A stretch of 32,000 bases of DNA from Planctopirus limnophila DSM 3776. GTDB taxonomy: Bacteria; Planctomycetota; Planctomycetia; Planctomycetales; Planctomycetaceae. Positions 17,890 to 25,459 of this stretch are shown piece by piece (the first letter of the stretch is position 1; every line of letters begins with the position of its first letter). The notes beneath the pieces were generated by a model, which saw nothing but the letters and a program-made list of their open reading frames with translations, made no database searches and had not been told where the DNA came from. A program made the position numbers and the translations under genes. Location: contig NC_014148.1 in the NCBI RefSeq assembly GCF_000092105.1, positions 4,500,001-4,532,000 of the forward strand, read 5' to 3'.

Positions 17890-18030
17890 GCTTCCGCTGG
17901 GGCGCTGATTGTCGCTTTCGGCCAGACGTCAAGAGCATGTTGCGACGAAGCCGCAGGTTGATAGAACGCTCATTGCGCTTGGACTCGCCCTCATCCCGGC
18001 CTTCTCCCGTCGGAACGGGAGAAGGGGTGA
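17890..18030 (+). repeat. Family-2 element, copy a (about 140 nt, ends in a perfect 11-bp hairpin)
   Basis: GCTTCCGCTGGGGCGCTGATTG ... CCCTCATCCCGG-CCTTCTCCCGT-cgga-ACGGGAGAAGG (hairpin 18000-18025). Related copies are at 27081-27220 and 31618-31757. Confidence 0.75.
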
Positions 18031-18091
18031 AGAAGAGTGCCGTCGGCCTGTCACTCGTGCTTTAGGCGAGCTGGCTTGTATCTCCTACGGC

Positions 18092-18252
18092 GGGTGGCAG
18101 GGGTCGGATGTCTGCATCCGCCCCCTGGTCAATCGAGCTCACCAGCACAATTGCATCTGAAAACATGCTTCATGACAGTTGAGAAAGTTCGCCACGGACG
18201 ACCCAAGTCTAAGGAACTGGGGGCAAACGAGGACGTTTGTCCCCAGCCACCC
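18092..18252 (-). repeat. Family-1 MITE/REP-like element, copy B
   Basis: Its reverse complement matches copies A and C at both ends and across the right-hand ~95 nt (CATGAA.CATGT...TGCA.TTGTGCTGGTGA.CTCGATTGACCAGGGGGCGGATG.AGACATCCGACCCCTGCCACCC). Confidence 0.75.
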
Positions 18253-18254
18253 GC

Positions 18255-18276
18255 CGCAAGAGACCCAGGCTGTTTT
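18255..18276 (+). repeat. Second copy of a 22-nt direct repeat (CGCAAGAGACCCAGGCTGTTTT)
   Basis: Identical to 17837-17858, which is the loop, right arm and T-tract of the glgP terminator. The two copies bracket the family-2 plus family-1 block. Confidence 0.8.
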
Positions 18277-18320
18277 CAATTGAGTGGCGGAATCCTCTTC
18301 ACTACGTCTCGCGGAAATCT

Positions 18321-18659
18321 TTAATAGCGAGGGAGTGTCGGATCGATGGCCGTTGCCCAGTGATCGATTCCACCAGCCATACTCACAGCCTTCGGAAAAC
18401 CCTGCTGCCTGAGCCATTGGGCCACGCGCAGGCTCCTGCCACCATGGTGGCAATGCACGACAATGTCGTTTTCCTTCTGCCCGGCAAGTTCGCTCACTCG
18501 TTCCTGTAACTGACTCATCGGTAGCAGCAGTGCTGCTTCGAGATGCACAATCAGATGTTCATCCGGTTCGCGACAGTCGATCAGTAAAAATGGCTTTCCT
18601 TCGTCAAGCCACTGCTTAACGAGGGAACAGTTCGTTTCGAGTGGGAGTTCTTCAGTCAT
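18321..18659 (-). CDS. Rhodanese-like sulfurtransferase domain protein
   Basis: Active-site loop VVHCHHGGRS with flanking LIDCREPDE. I prefer the ATG at 18659. The ORF-track start at 18671 is a GTG. Confidence 0.85.
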   Translation of the reverse strand: MTEELPLETNCSLVKQWLDEGKPFLLIDCREPDEHLIVHLEAALLLPMSQLQERVSELAGQKENDIVVHCHHGGRSLRVAQWLRQQGFPKAVSMAGGIDHWATAIDPTLPRY

Positions 18660-18824
18660 CGCAGGGCTCACAATTCCAGGATTCGTGCGGCCAACTCACT
18701 GGTTTTCAGCAGGGAGGCTCGCTTGAACATGACATTCATTGTATCGATTCAAGACCGATTGGAAGCAAAAAGCGTCGATTCTCCGGTCATTTGTCAGGCC
18801 CAATGACATCGGGCAGCCAAAGAT

Positions 18825-19871
18825 TCATGCCATTCCACCGGCAGGTGCTGAATGAGCAGGCGTGAGGATTTCAAGCCCCATCGATTTCGCGATTTCCTCG
18901 AGTACAGGCAGATCGGAGGCAGGTCGTGTCGGGCTGCCTGGATAAGTAAGATCAGTCCTCGCCCAGCCACGCAATTTCAGGAATTGCGCAGCCGTATGCT
19001 TGTACGCCGCCCCCGGGTGACGAAAAGCAAACGCTCCCAGGTATTGAAGCTGATCGTTGAGTTCAAAGAACCGGGCGTCACTCTCGGCCCAGTAACGATC
19101 GCGCAAAGCGAACAGATCGGGGGCAAATGTGCTCAGGCCCAGGAGATAATCACTGCCATACATCACCATGTCGATGGCGAGGTCGTTCCCGGTATAGAGG
19201 ATGAAATCGGGCCGCTCGTGATTACGAATCACGAGTCGTTCGAACTCAGGCAGCCTGTGAAACGATGAATGCTTGGCACCGACGCATTGCCGGATCTTCA
19301 GCAGGCCACGGAATGTGTCCAGATCGTAAACTTTGCCAAAGCGGGCGAGATCGGTCGTCAGTTCAAAACCTAGAAACCGATCGCAGCCACGGGCCAGTTG
19401 CTCATAGCGACTCAGGATTTCATCGCTGGTCCCTGTGGTGAGTCCGAACGATTGAAACACAATTGGCAACCCACCGGCTCGAGCAATCGCCTCCATGCGT
19501 GATGCATAATGAGCACCATTAAATGGCGCACCCGGCTCATCACGTACAAAGGCACCCGCAATGAATGGTTTCCCACCCAGAATCGATTGCGTTCGCTGCA
19601 GGATCTCGTCTTCGAGCGGAACTCCCAGCAGGTTGATATACCCCGTATCCATATTCACTGCAGGAGTGAGACCAGCTTCCACCGTACGGATCAAATGAGC
19701 TTCCCAGGCGTCCCAGTCGATGGTGGTCTGGTCGCTCATGGGCAGCAGGATGGCCGACGCTCCACGAATGGTTCTGCCCGGCTGGAGCATCGACAGCGGA
19801 TCAATCTTCGGAGGAGATGACATGATCACTTTTCCAGGGTTCGATCGATCACCGTCGATCATCAAGGACAT
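18825..19871 (-). CDS. DapA/NAL-superfamily-like class I aldolase (TIM barrel), specific function unclear
   Basis: The length and CVGAKHSS (resembling the Schiff-base lysine block IVGIKEAS) suggest the dihydrodipicolinate synthase family. The usual GTTGE block is replaced by NMDTGY, so the protein is divergent. AGGTGG lies 4 nt before the ATG at 19871. Confidence 0.8.
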   Translation of the reverse strand: MSLMIDGDRSNPGKVIMSSPPKIDPLSMLQPGRTIRGASAILLPMSDQTTIDWDAWEAHLIRTVEAGLTPAVNMDTGYINLLGVPLEDEILQRTQSILGGKPFIAGAFVRDEPGAPFNGAHYASRMEAIARAGGLPIVFQSFGLTTGTSDEILSRYEQLARGCDRFLGFELTTDLARFGKVYDLDTFRGLLKIRQCVGAKHSSFHRLPEFERLVIRNHERPDFILYTGNDLAIDMVMYGSDYLLGLSTFAPDLFALRDRYWAESDARFFELNDQLQYLGAFAFRHPGAAYKHTAAQFLKLRGWARTDLTYPGSPTRPASDLPVLEEIAKSMGLEILTPAHSAPAGGMA

Positions 19872-19889
19872 CGCGCCACCTGTGACAAT

Positions 19890-20348
19890 TCACGAGGCCG
19901 CTGGAGGATCGACACGCAGCACTTCCGGATTGGAGGTAAAATGTTCTTCAATTTTTGCCAGGAGCGGATTGATCGTGTACCGCTGAATGTGATGAGGCGG
20001 CGTCCAGAGTCGCCACTCGTAACCGACATGCTCCGTGAGCTTCAGTGGCCGATCGCGATTCAGCCAGCCCAGATAAATCATCAGCGTTTTTTCAACAGGC
20101 TCGGGACCAAAGCGCGCTTCGACGGGATGATAGGTCTCGGAGTAACTGAAAGTGGGGTCAAGCACGACATCTGTCCGGGGAATCCCGGTTTCTTCTTCCA
20201 TCTCGCGCAGGGCACATTGGAGATCGTTCTCACCCTCTTCCAGATGCCCCTTGGGAAGGTCAAAACGATGCCGATGCTTCAGCAGAAGATAGGTCAGATG
20301 TGGAGTTTTACGAAACAGGATGACTCCGCACGCCCTGACTTGTCGCAT
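19890..20348 (-). CDS. Nudix hydrolase, Ap4A-hydrolase (NUDT2)-like
   Basis: Nudix box GHLEEGENDLQCALREMEEETGI. The N-terminal ACGVILFR...YLLLKH...DLPKGH pattern matches asymmetric Ap4A hydrolases. Confidence 0.9.
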   Translation of the reverse strand: MRQVRACGVILFRKTPHLTYLLLKHRHRFDLPKGHLEEGENDLQCALREMEEETGIPRTDVVLDPTFSYSETYHPVEARFGPEPVEKTLMIYLGWLNRDRPLKLTEHVGYEWRLWTPPHHIQRYTINPLLAKIEEHFTSNPEVLRVDPPAAS

Positions 20349-20976
20349 GCTTGATTGTCTCCTGATGAAAGATTCACGATGAAAGTAATGGTAACCGCAG
20401 TGACATCGACAGACAGGTGGATGGCCAATCTCTGGCGAGCAGCCAGAACTTCCTCAGGCTGACGGACGATCGACGCACCGTCAACCTTCCGGAAACCGGC
20501 TGATACATTGAATATATCGCCAGTTACCTGCGCTGGCGAACGATCAGACCGTTTCGGGCGAGTTTCATCCTCACTGCCGCCTGCGGTACCTCGCGTGAAA
20601 ATCTCCTTCGACCGCTCCTCTGGTAAGGTTTCCAACACCCGTCAATCTGCTGAAAAGGGCTTTTTCATGCCAGCGAGACTCAGCAGAACTTTGGAGAGCT
20701 TTATGAGATATGCCTCTTGAGAGTGTTGTTCACAAGGTGGGATTCCCTAGAATAGAGCACAAGTCGCGAGCGTGGTGAAAAAGGCATCTGTCGCCTGATA
20801 CTGCCTTTGGAACCATCGCTGTACGACCAGACGTTTGCCTGACAAACGCCCACAGGGTTCGATAAGGCCTGAGGGTTTATGGCAGATTCCCGCCAGTTAT
20901 GAACCTGAAGGTGGCCTGCCGTCTGAAGAGATGCATCTGCTTGAGCCATCGAAACGAAATTGAAGGAGAATCGATT

Positions 20977-21594
20977 ATGCCTTTCACATTGCCAGCCTTG
21001 CCCTATGCCCCCGCAGCTCTTGAACCGCACATCGATGCCCAGACGATGGAAATCCACCACGGCAAGCATCATCAGGCCTACATCAACAATGCCAACAAGG
21101 CTTTGGAAGGTCATCCCGAACTGGCTGCGCTCACCGCGGAGCAGCTCATTTCCGATCTTTCCAAGGTTCCTGAAGGGATTCGCACAGTCATCCGCAATAA
21201 TGCGGGTGGTCATGCCAATCATTCGCTCTTCTGGACAGTCCTGGCACCGAGTGCTGGTGGTACACCGACCGGAGCACTCGAAGCGGCGATTAACCACACG
21301 TTTGGGACATTCGACGCCTTCAAGGAAAAGTTCAACGCTGCCGCCACCACCCGTTTTGGCAGTGGCTGGGCCTGGCTGAGTGTGGATTCCAAGGGTGGTC
21401 TGGTCGTGGAGAGCACACCCAATCAGGACAGCCCCCTGATGGAAGGCCGCACACCGATCCTGGGGCTCGATGTGTGGGAACACGCTTACTATCTGAAGTA
21501 TCAGAACCGCCGCCCGGATTACATTGCTTCATTCTGGAACATTGTGAACTGGCCTGAAGTCTCGAAGCGATTTGCTGCCGCTGGTGGGAAGTAA
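20977..21594 (+). CDS. sodA: Superoxide dismutase, Mn-type
   Basis: Close by eye to E. coli SodA: [51 protein letters not shown] and [21 protein letters not shown] strong SD (GAAGGAGA) lies 7 nt before the ATG at 20977. Confidence 0.95.
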   Translation: MPFTLPALPYAPAALEPHIDAQTMEIHHGKHHQAYINNANKALEGHPELAALTAEQLISDLSKVPEGIRTVIRNNAGGHANHSLFWTVLAPSAGGTPTGALEAAINHTFGTFDAFKEKFNAAATTRFGSGWAWLSVDSKGGLVVESTPNQDSPLMEGRTPILGLDVWEHAYYLKYQNRRPDYIASFWNIVNWPEVSKRFAAAGGK

Positions 21595-21693
21595 ATCGAG
21601 TCGTTTGTTGAATATGGCGAGTTGACAAAGTGCAGAAACATGCTTGCTCAGAGTGTTGCTCGTACACATAACCTTACCTGTGTGCACGTCTCA

Positions 21694-21853
21694 GGGTGGC
21701 TGGGGTCAAACGTCCTCGTTTGCCCCCAGATCATTTGGCTCACAGCGTTTTTGGTGAACAGCATTAATAGTCATGAATTCATGTTTCAGATGCATTTGTG
21801 CGGGTGACCTTGATTGACCAGGGGGCGGATGAAGACATCCGACCCCTGCCACC
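21694..21853 (+). repeat. Family-1 MITE/REP-like element, copy C
   Basis: GGGTGGCTGGGGTCAAACGTCCTCGTTTGCCCCC ... GGGGGCGGATGAAGACATCCGACCCCTGCCACC. By my hand alignment the two ends are inverted repeats matching at 26 of 34 positions. Confidence 0.8.
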
Positions 21854-21876
21854 AGTTGTTCTGACGAGTGCGAAAA

Positions 21877-21925
21877 CATGCTTGCCCAGGGCTGCAAGCA
21901 TGGCACTGGGCCGCAAGCATGGCAC
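21877..21925. repeat. Family-3 palindrome plus an extra half-site
   Basis: CATGCTTGC-ccagggct-GCAAGCATG (21877-21902), then GCAAGCATGGCAC again at 21913-21925. A degenerate left arm only lies at 21639-21647. Confidence 0.65.
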
Positions 21926-21965
21926 ACAGCTGGCCTATCTGCGTGAAACTCTGAACCATTAACGC

Positions 21966-22001
21966 CAAACTCCCGGGACTCTTTCGAGTCTCGGGAGTTT
22001 G
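21966..22001 (+). other. Strong 16-bp hairpin upstream of the GlcF-like gene
   Basis: CAAACTCCCGGGACTC-tttc-GAGTCTCGGGAGTTTG has one G-T pair and is otherwise perfect. No clear T-tract follows. It could be a terminator for sodA or a leader structure. Confidence 0.35.
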
Positions 22002-22079
22002 CATTGAGCCATGAAACATCGTCATCATCAGGTCAGCAAACTTGGAAAAACGTCCTGATGCAGCGAAAGAGTTTCTCAC

Positions 22080-23471
22080 ATGAGTACCAATCAGGCTGTG
22101 CCGGCATCGGGACAAAGTCCAGCAAACAGCAGCTTGCCTGCCGGTTTGCAGACTCAGTTGCAGGCCTCGATCCCGCAGAAGCGATTTCTTGATTGTGTGC
22201 ATTGCGGGCTGTGTCTTTCGGCCTGTCCGACATATCTCGAAACCGGAGATGAAAACGACAGCCCGCGAGGGCGCATTTATCTCATGCGTGCTGTGGCCGA
22301 AGGACGGACCGGCCTGACCAATGAAATCGCCTCCCATCTCGAAGCCTGCCTCGATTGCCGGGCTTGTGAAACGGCCTGTCCTTCAGGAGTCCAGTACGGG
22401 CGGCTCATCGAGCCCTTCCGCGTGGCCATGGAAGCCACGCGCACAGACGAGCAACCGGGGTTGGCCAGTCAGGCCAGCCAATGGCTGACAAGTACCTTAC
22501 TGACAAAGCTGTTTCCTTCTGCAGGTCTCACCCAATGGGCGTTGTGGCCTGCCCGCTGGATGCAGGCATTGGGTGTCGATGGATTGGCGAAGAGCTGGCC
22601 CGCACGAGCAGTCACACCGCAAATTCTGCAGCGGATGCACCGCCTGTTGCCGAAGTTGTCGCCCCCTGCAGGTGCGCTGCCGGATCGTTTCGCCCCGGTG
22701 GGCCCCCGGCGGGCAACCGTCGCCTTGCTGACAGGTTGTGTCGCTGAAGCGATGTTCTCGCAAACCAACAGAGCCACGATCCGCGTCCTGCAGCACAACG
22801 GTTGTGAAGTTCTGATCCCAAAGACGCAGGCCTGCTGTGGTGCGATTCATTATCACAATGGCGATCGAACCGAGGCCATGCGTCTGGCACGTCAGAATCT
22901 GGGGGCTTTTCCGTGGCGAAATATTGATGCCGTGATTGCCAATGTCGCTGGCTGCGGTGCGATGCTCAAAGACTATGGCCACATTGGGGAAGAAGATCCG
23001 CAGATTGATCCTGTGTTGCTGGAAGAACTGACTTCATTCGCCCATAAGATCAAAGATGTCTCCGAGTTTCTTGTCGATCTGGGGCCAATCGAGCCGCAGC
23101 ATCCGGTGCACCTGAAAGCGGTTTATCACGATGCCTGCCATCTCTGCCATGCTCAGAAGGTCAAACAACAGCCCCGACAACTCTTGAGCATGATTCCCGG
23201 ATTAACGATCGCCCCGATTGAAGAGGCCGAAATCTGCTGCGGCGCAGCAGGAAGTTATAATCTGACTCAGCCGGAAATGGCCGATCGACTCGGACAACGG
23301 AAAGTGCGGCATATCCTGGAAGTTCAAGGCGTGCAGGCTGTGCTGACAGGGAATGCCGGTTGTGCGCTGCAAATGGCAGCCTGCCTCTCGGAAGCCAATT
23401 CCAGCATCCCCGTCATGCACGTCATGGACATCCTCGACCAGAGCTACGGCCCACTGCCGGACAGCAGGTAA
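22080..23471 (+). CDS. glcF: Glycolate oxidase iron-sulfur subunit-like (Fe-S)-binding protein
   Basis: Two 4Fe-4S motifs (CVHCGLCLSACP, CLDCRACETACP) and PRGRIYLMRAV as in GlcF. There are two C-terminal CCG-type Cys-rich repeats (ACCGA..., ICCGAAGSYN). Confidence 0.85.
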   Translation: MSTNQAVPASGQSPANSSLPAGLQTQLQASIPQKRFLDCVHCGLCLSACPTYLETGDENDSPRGRIYLMRAVAEGRTGLTNEIASHLEACLDCRACETACPSGVQYGRLIEPFRVAMEATRTDEQPGLASQASQWLTSTLLTKLFPSAGLTQWALWPARWMQALGVDGLAKSWPARAVTPQILQRMHRLLPKLSPPAGALPDRFAPVGPRRATVALLTGCVAEAMFSQTNRATIRVLQHNGCEVLIPKTQACCGAIHYHNGDRTEAMRLARQNLGAFPWRNIDAVIANVAGCGAMLKDYGHIGEEDPQIDPVLLEELTSFAHKIKDVSEFLVDLGPIEPQHPVHLKAVYHDACHLCHAQKVKQQPRQLLSMIPGLTIAPIEEAEICCGAAGSYNLTQPEMADRLGQRKVRHILEVQGVQAVLTGNAGCALQMAACLSEANSSIPVMHVMDILDQSYGPLPDSR

Positions 23472-23512
23472 AACGAATCACAACTTTATTGGCGCGTTGA
23501 TCGTCACAAAAG

Positions 23513-23538
23513 CATGCTTGCTCAGAGCCGCAAGCATG
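23513..23538. repeat. Family-3 palindrome in the convergent gap between glcF and the sigma factor gene
   Basis: CATGCTTGC-tcagagcc-GCAAGCATG followed by GCACACAG. Confidence 0.65.
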
Positions 23539-23590
23539 GCACACAGCCAGTAAACGGGTATTTCTACAGGAAATGTGTTGATCCGAGTGA

Positions 23591-24223
23591 TCAGGTCCCT
23601 GGGAGGCTGAGTCCATCTTCTCCCAGAACATTTCTCAATTTGCGCAGGGCTCTCAAATGGCGCATGCCGGCGGCTGGTGGCGTGAGCCCCAGAATCTCGG
23701 CCACTTCGTTATTCCCCAATTGTTCAAAGTGACGCATCAGGATCATCTCGCGGTCATCCGCTTCAAGCTGTTCGAGTGCCAGCAGAAATCGTTCCTCGAA
23801 CTCGCGGCGAATGTTCTCAGCCGCCGGTGTCAGTTCATCATCTTTGAACTGATCCATCAGTTGATCGCCGGAATTCTCCTGGCTGACGGGCAAGGCCTGC
23901 TCGCGATCCATGCTCCGCCGGAGTGCACCGCGATGCCGGCGATGCAGATCGATCATGCGGTCCCGCGCCAGATGTCTCAGCCAGACATGAAATGGCAGAC
24001 GGGGATTTTCCAGATATTCCCGCAGTCGCCCGGAGGCTTCCATAAAGACATCCTGGACCACGTCACTGGCATCGACCCGGCGAGCCATCTGCCGATCCAG
24101 CCGCAATTCAATCATCCGGCGCAAGGGTGTACGGTGTCTCTCCAGAAGTTCATTGACAGCTTTGTCATTCCCTTCCCGGAGGTTCTTCAGCAGTGCGTCA
24201 GTCTGGATCGTATTTTCTTGCAT
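23591..24223 (-). CDS. ECF-type sigma-70 family RNA polymerase sigma factor
   Basis: Region 2 is DASDVVQDVFMEASGRLREY...FHVWLRHLARDRMIDLHR. Region 4 is ILMRHFEQLGNNEVAEILGLTPPAAGMRHLRALRKL. Confidence 0.9.
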   Translation of the reverse strand: MQENTIQTDALLKNLREGNDKAVNELLERHRTPLRRMIELRLDRQMARRVDASDVVQDVFMEASGRLREYLENPRLPFHVWLRHLARDRMIDLHRRHRGALRRSMDREQALPVSQENSGDQLMDQFKDDELTPAAENIRREFEERFLLALEQLEADDREMILMRHFEQLGNNEVAEILGLTPPAAGMRHLRALRKLRNVLGEDGLSLPGT

Positions 24224-24351
24224 GCCCCAATTATGACTGAAAAAACAACCTCACTGCACGTCAGAATTGGGATCAACGGCACGTTTCCAACTCCTGAGAA
24301 CGATTTTGCTGGTATTCCCTCAGGATCAGGATCTCAATTCTCACAAACTGG

Positions 24352-25302
24352 TCAGCGCCTGTCACGTCGCTGCAGATTCCAGCGAATCCCCTCAAGAACG
24401 GTCGCAAAGTGAATCTCGACAATATCTTCCACTCGAGGCGAATACCCTCCCGCCATGCTGATGGCCACGGGCAGGCCGTACTGCTCACAAAATCGGTACA
24501 CCAGCCTGTCGCGAGCCCGTAACCCGGCTTTCGTTAACGCCAGCCGTCCCATTTTGTCTCCCTCGAAGGGATCAGCACCCGCCAGAAACAACACCAGATC
24601 GGGTTGCGGAAAGCGCCTGGCACAGGCGGCTAATCCCTCATCGAGAGCCGCCAGATAGGCGTCATCGCCGGTTTCATCGGGCAGGCCATAATCCAGATCA
24701 CTGGTTTCTTTCACAAACGGATAGTTGCGTTCGCTGTGAATCGAGAAGGTGAAAATCGAGGGATCCTGCCGGGTGATGGCAGCTGTCCCATTCCCCTGAT
24801 GGACATCGCCATCGACAATCAACACTCGCTGAACCAATTGTTCCTTCTGCAGCACTCGGGCGGCAATCACGCTGTCGTTAAAGATGCAAAAACCTTCGGC
24901 CCGGTCGGCATAGGCATGATGAGTTCCACCGGCCAGATTCGCGCCAAACCCATGTACTAGAGCCGAGCGGGCGGCTTCAATGGTGGCACCTGAGGATCGC
25001 CGTGATCGCTCAATCAACTCGGGCGACCAGGGGAACCCCAGCCGCTTGATGTCGTCGCGAGTCATTTCACCTGCCGACACCTTGTATAAGTAGTCGGCAT
25101 TGTGCGCCAGTAGAATCTGGGCATCGGTGGCAGCGGGTGGTTCCAAAAGCTCGATGGTCTGCGGATCAATTTCACCACTTTGCAGAGCCAGATCAATCCG
25201 CTCGCGCAGGGCGGCATATTTCCGCATGGGAAATCGATGGCCGGGCGGCAAAGGGAGCACAAATCGTTCAGTCGTGTAGATATGCATGCAAAAATCACTC
25301 AT
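24352..25302 (-). CDS. Histone deacetylase-family (AcuC/Hda-like) deacetylase
   Basis: GGTHHAYADRAEGFCIFNDSVIAA, LIVDGDVHQGNGTA and GADPFEGD are the catalytic and zinc-binding blocks. An alternative ATG is at 25287. Confidence 0.9.
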   Translation of the reverse strand: MSDFCMHIYTTERFVLPLPPGHRFPMRKYAALRERIDLALQSGEIDPQTIELLEPPAATDAQILLAHNADYLYKVSAGEMTRDDIKRLGFPWSPELIERSRRSSGATIEAARSALVHGFGANLAGGTHHAYADRAEGFCIFNDSVIAARVLQKEQLVQRVLIVDGDVHQGNGTAAITRQDPSIFTFSIHSERNYPFVKETSDLDYGLPDETGDDAYLAALDEGLAACARRFPQPDLVLFLAGADPFEGDKMGRLALTKAGLRARDRLVYRFCEQYGLPVAISMAGGYSPRVEDIVEIHFATVLEGIRWNLQRRDRR

Positions 25303-25459
25303 GATGTCGAGACGGTCTCAACCACTCAGCAGATCCGATAACGATCGAGAACTTGAGTGGCTGCCAGAGGGAAGTCGTGAACGAGGGCGATTTCACCGAC
25401 TGAGATGTGTTGACTTTCGAAAACTCGCACCCCTGCAGATTTTAGACCGGGAGACTTCC

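Noticed and set aside
17766-18453. ORFs running through the repeat elements: 783..1040, 938..1216, 964..1305, 17766..18065, 17909..18160, 18037..18324, 18139..18453, 21622..21807, 21706..21927, 21786..22337, 27137..27538 and 31454..31789. They share peptides such as PSSRPSPVGTGEG, GWLG.NVLVCPQ, VAGVGCLHPPPGQSSSPA and WQGSDVFIRPLVN.
   Set aside because: The shared peptides appear in several frames and on both strands of the same nucleotide repeats, so the conservation is at the DNA level. No consistent start codon exists. Copy A is frame-shifted relative to copies B and C at its left end. Several of these ORFs run into neighbouring real genes antisense.
20294-20638. A 114-aa minus-strand ORF in the Nudix-sodA gap.
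   Set aside because: It has a GTG start and no recognisable motif. It would overlap the conserved ACGVILFR N-terminus of the Nudix gene by 55 nt. It remains a possibility only inside the finding on the long gap.
20850-20875. A tRNA-like T-loop string GGTTCGATA. A similar GGGTTCGAG lies near 28533.
   Set aside because: No complementary T-stem, acceptor stem or anticodon arm can be drawn around either site.
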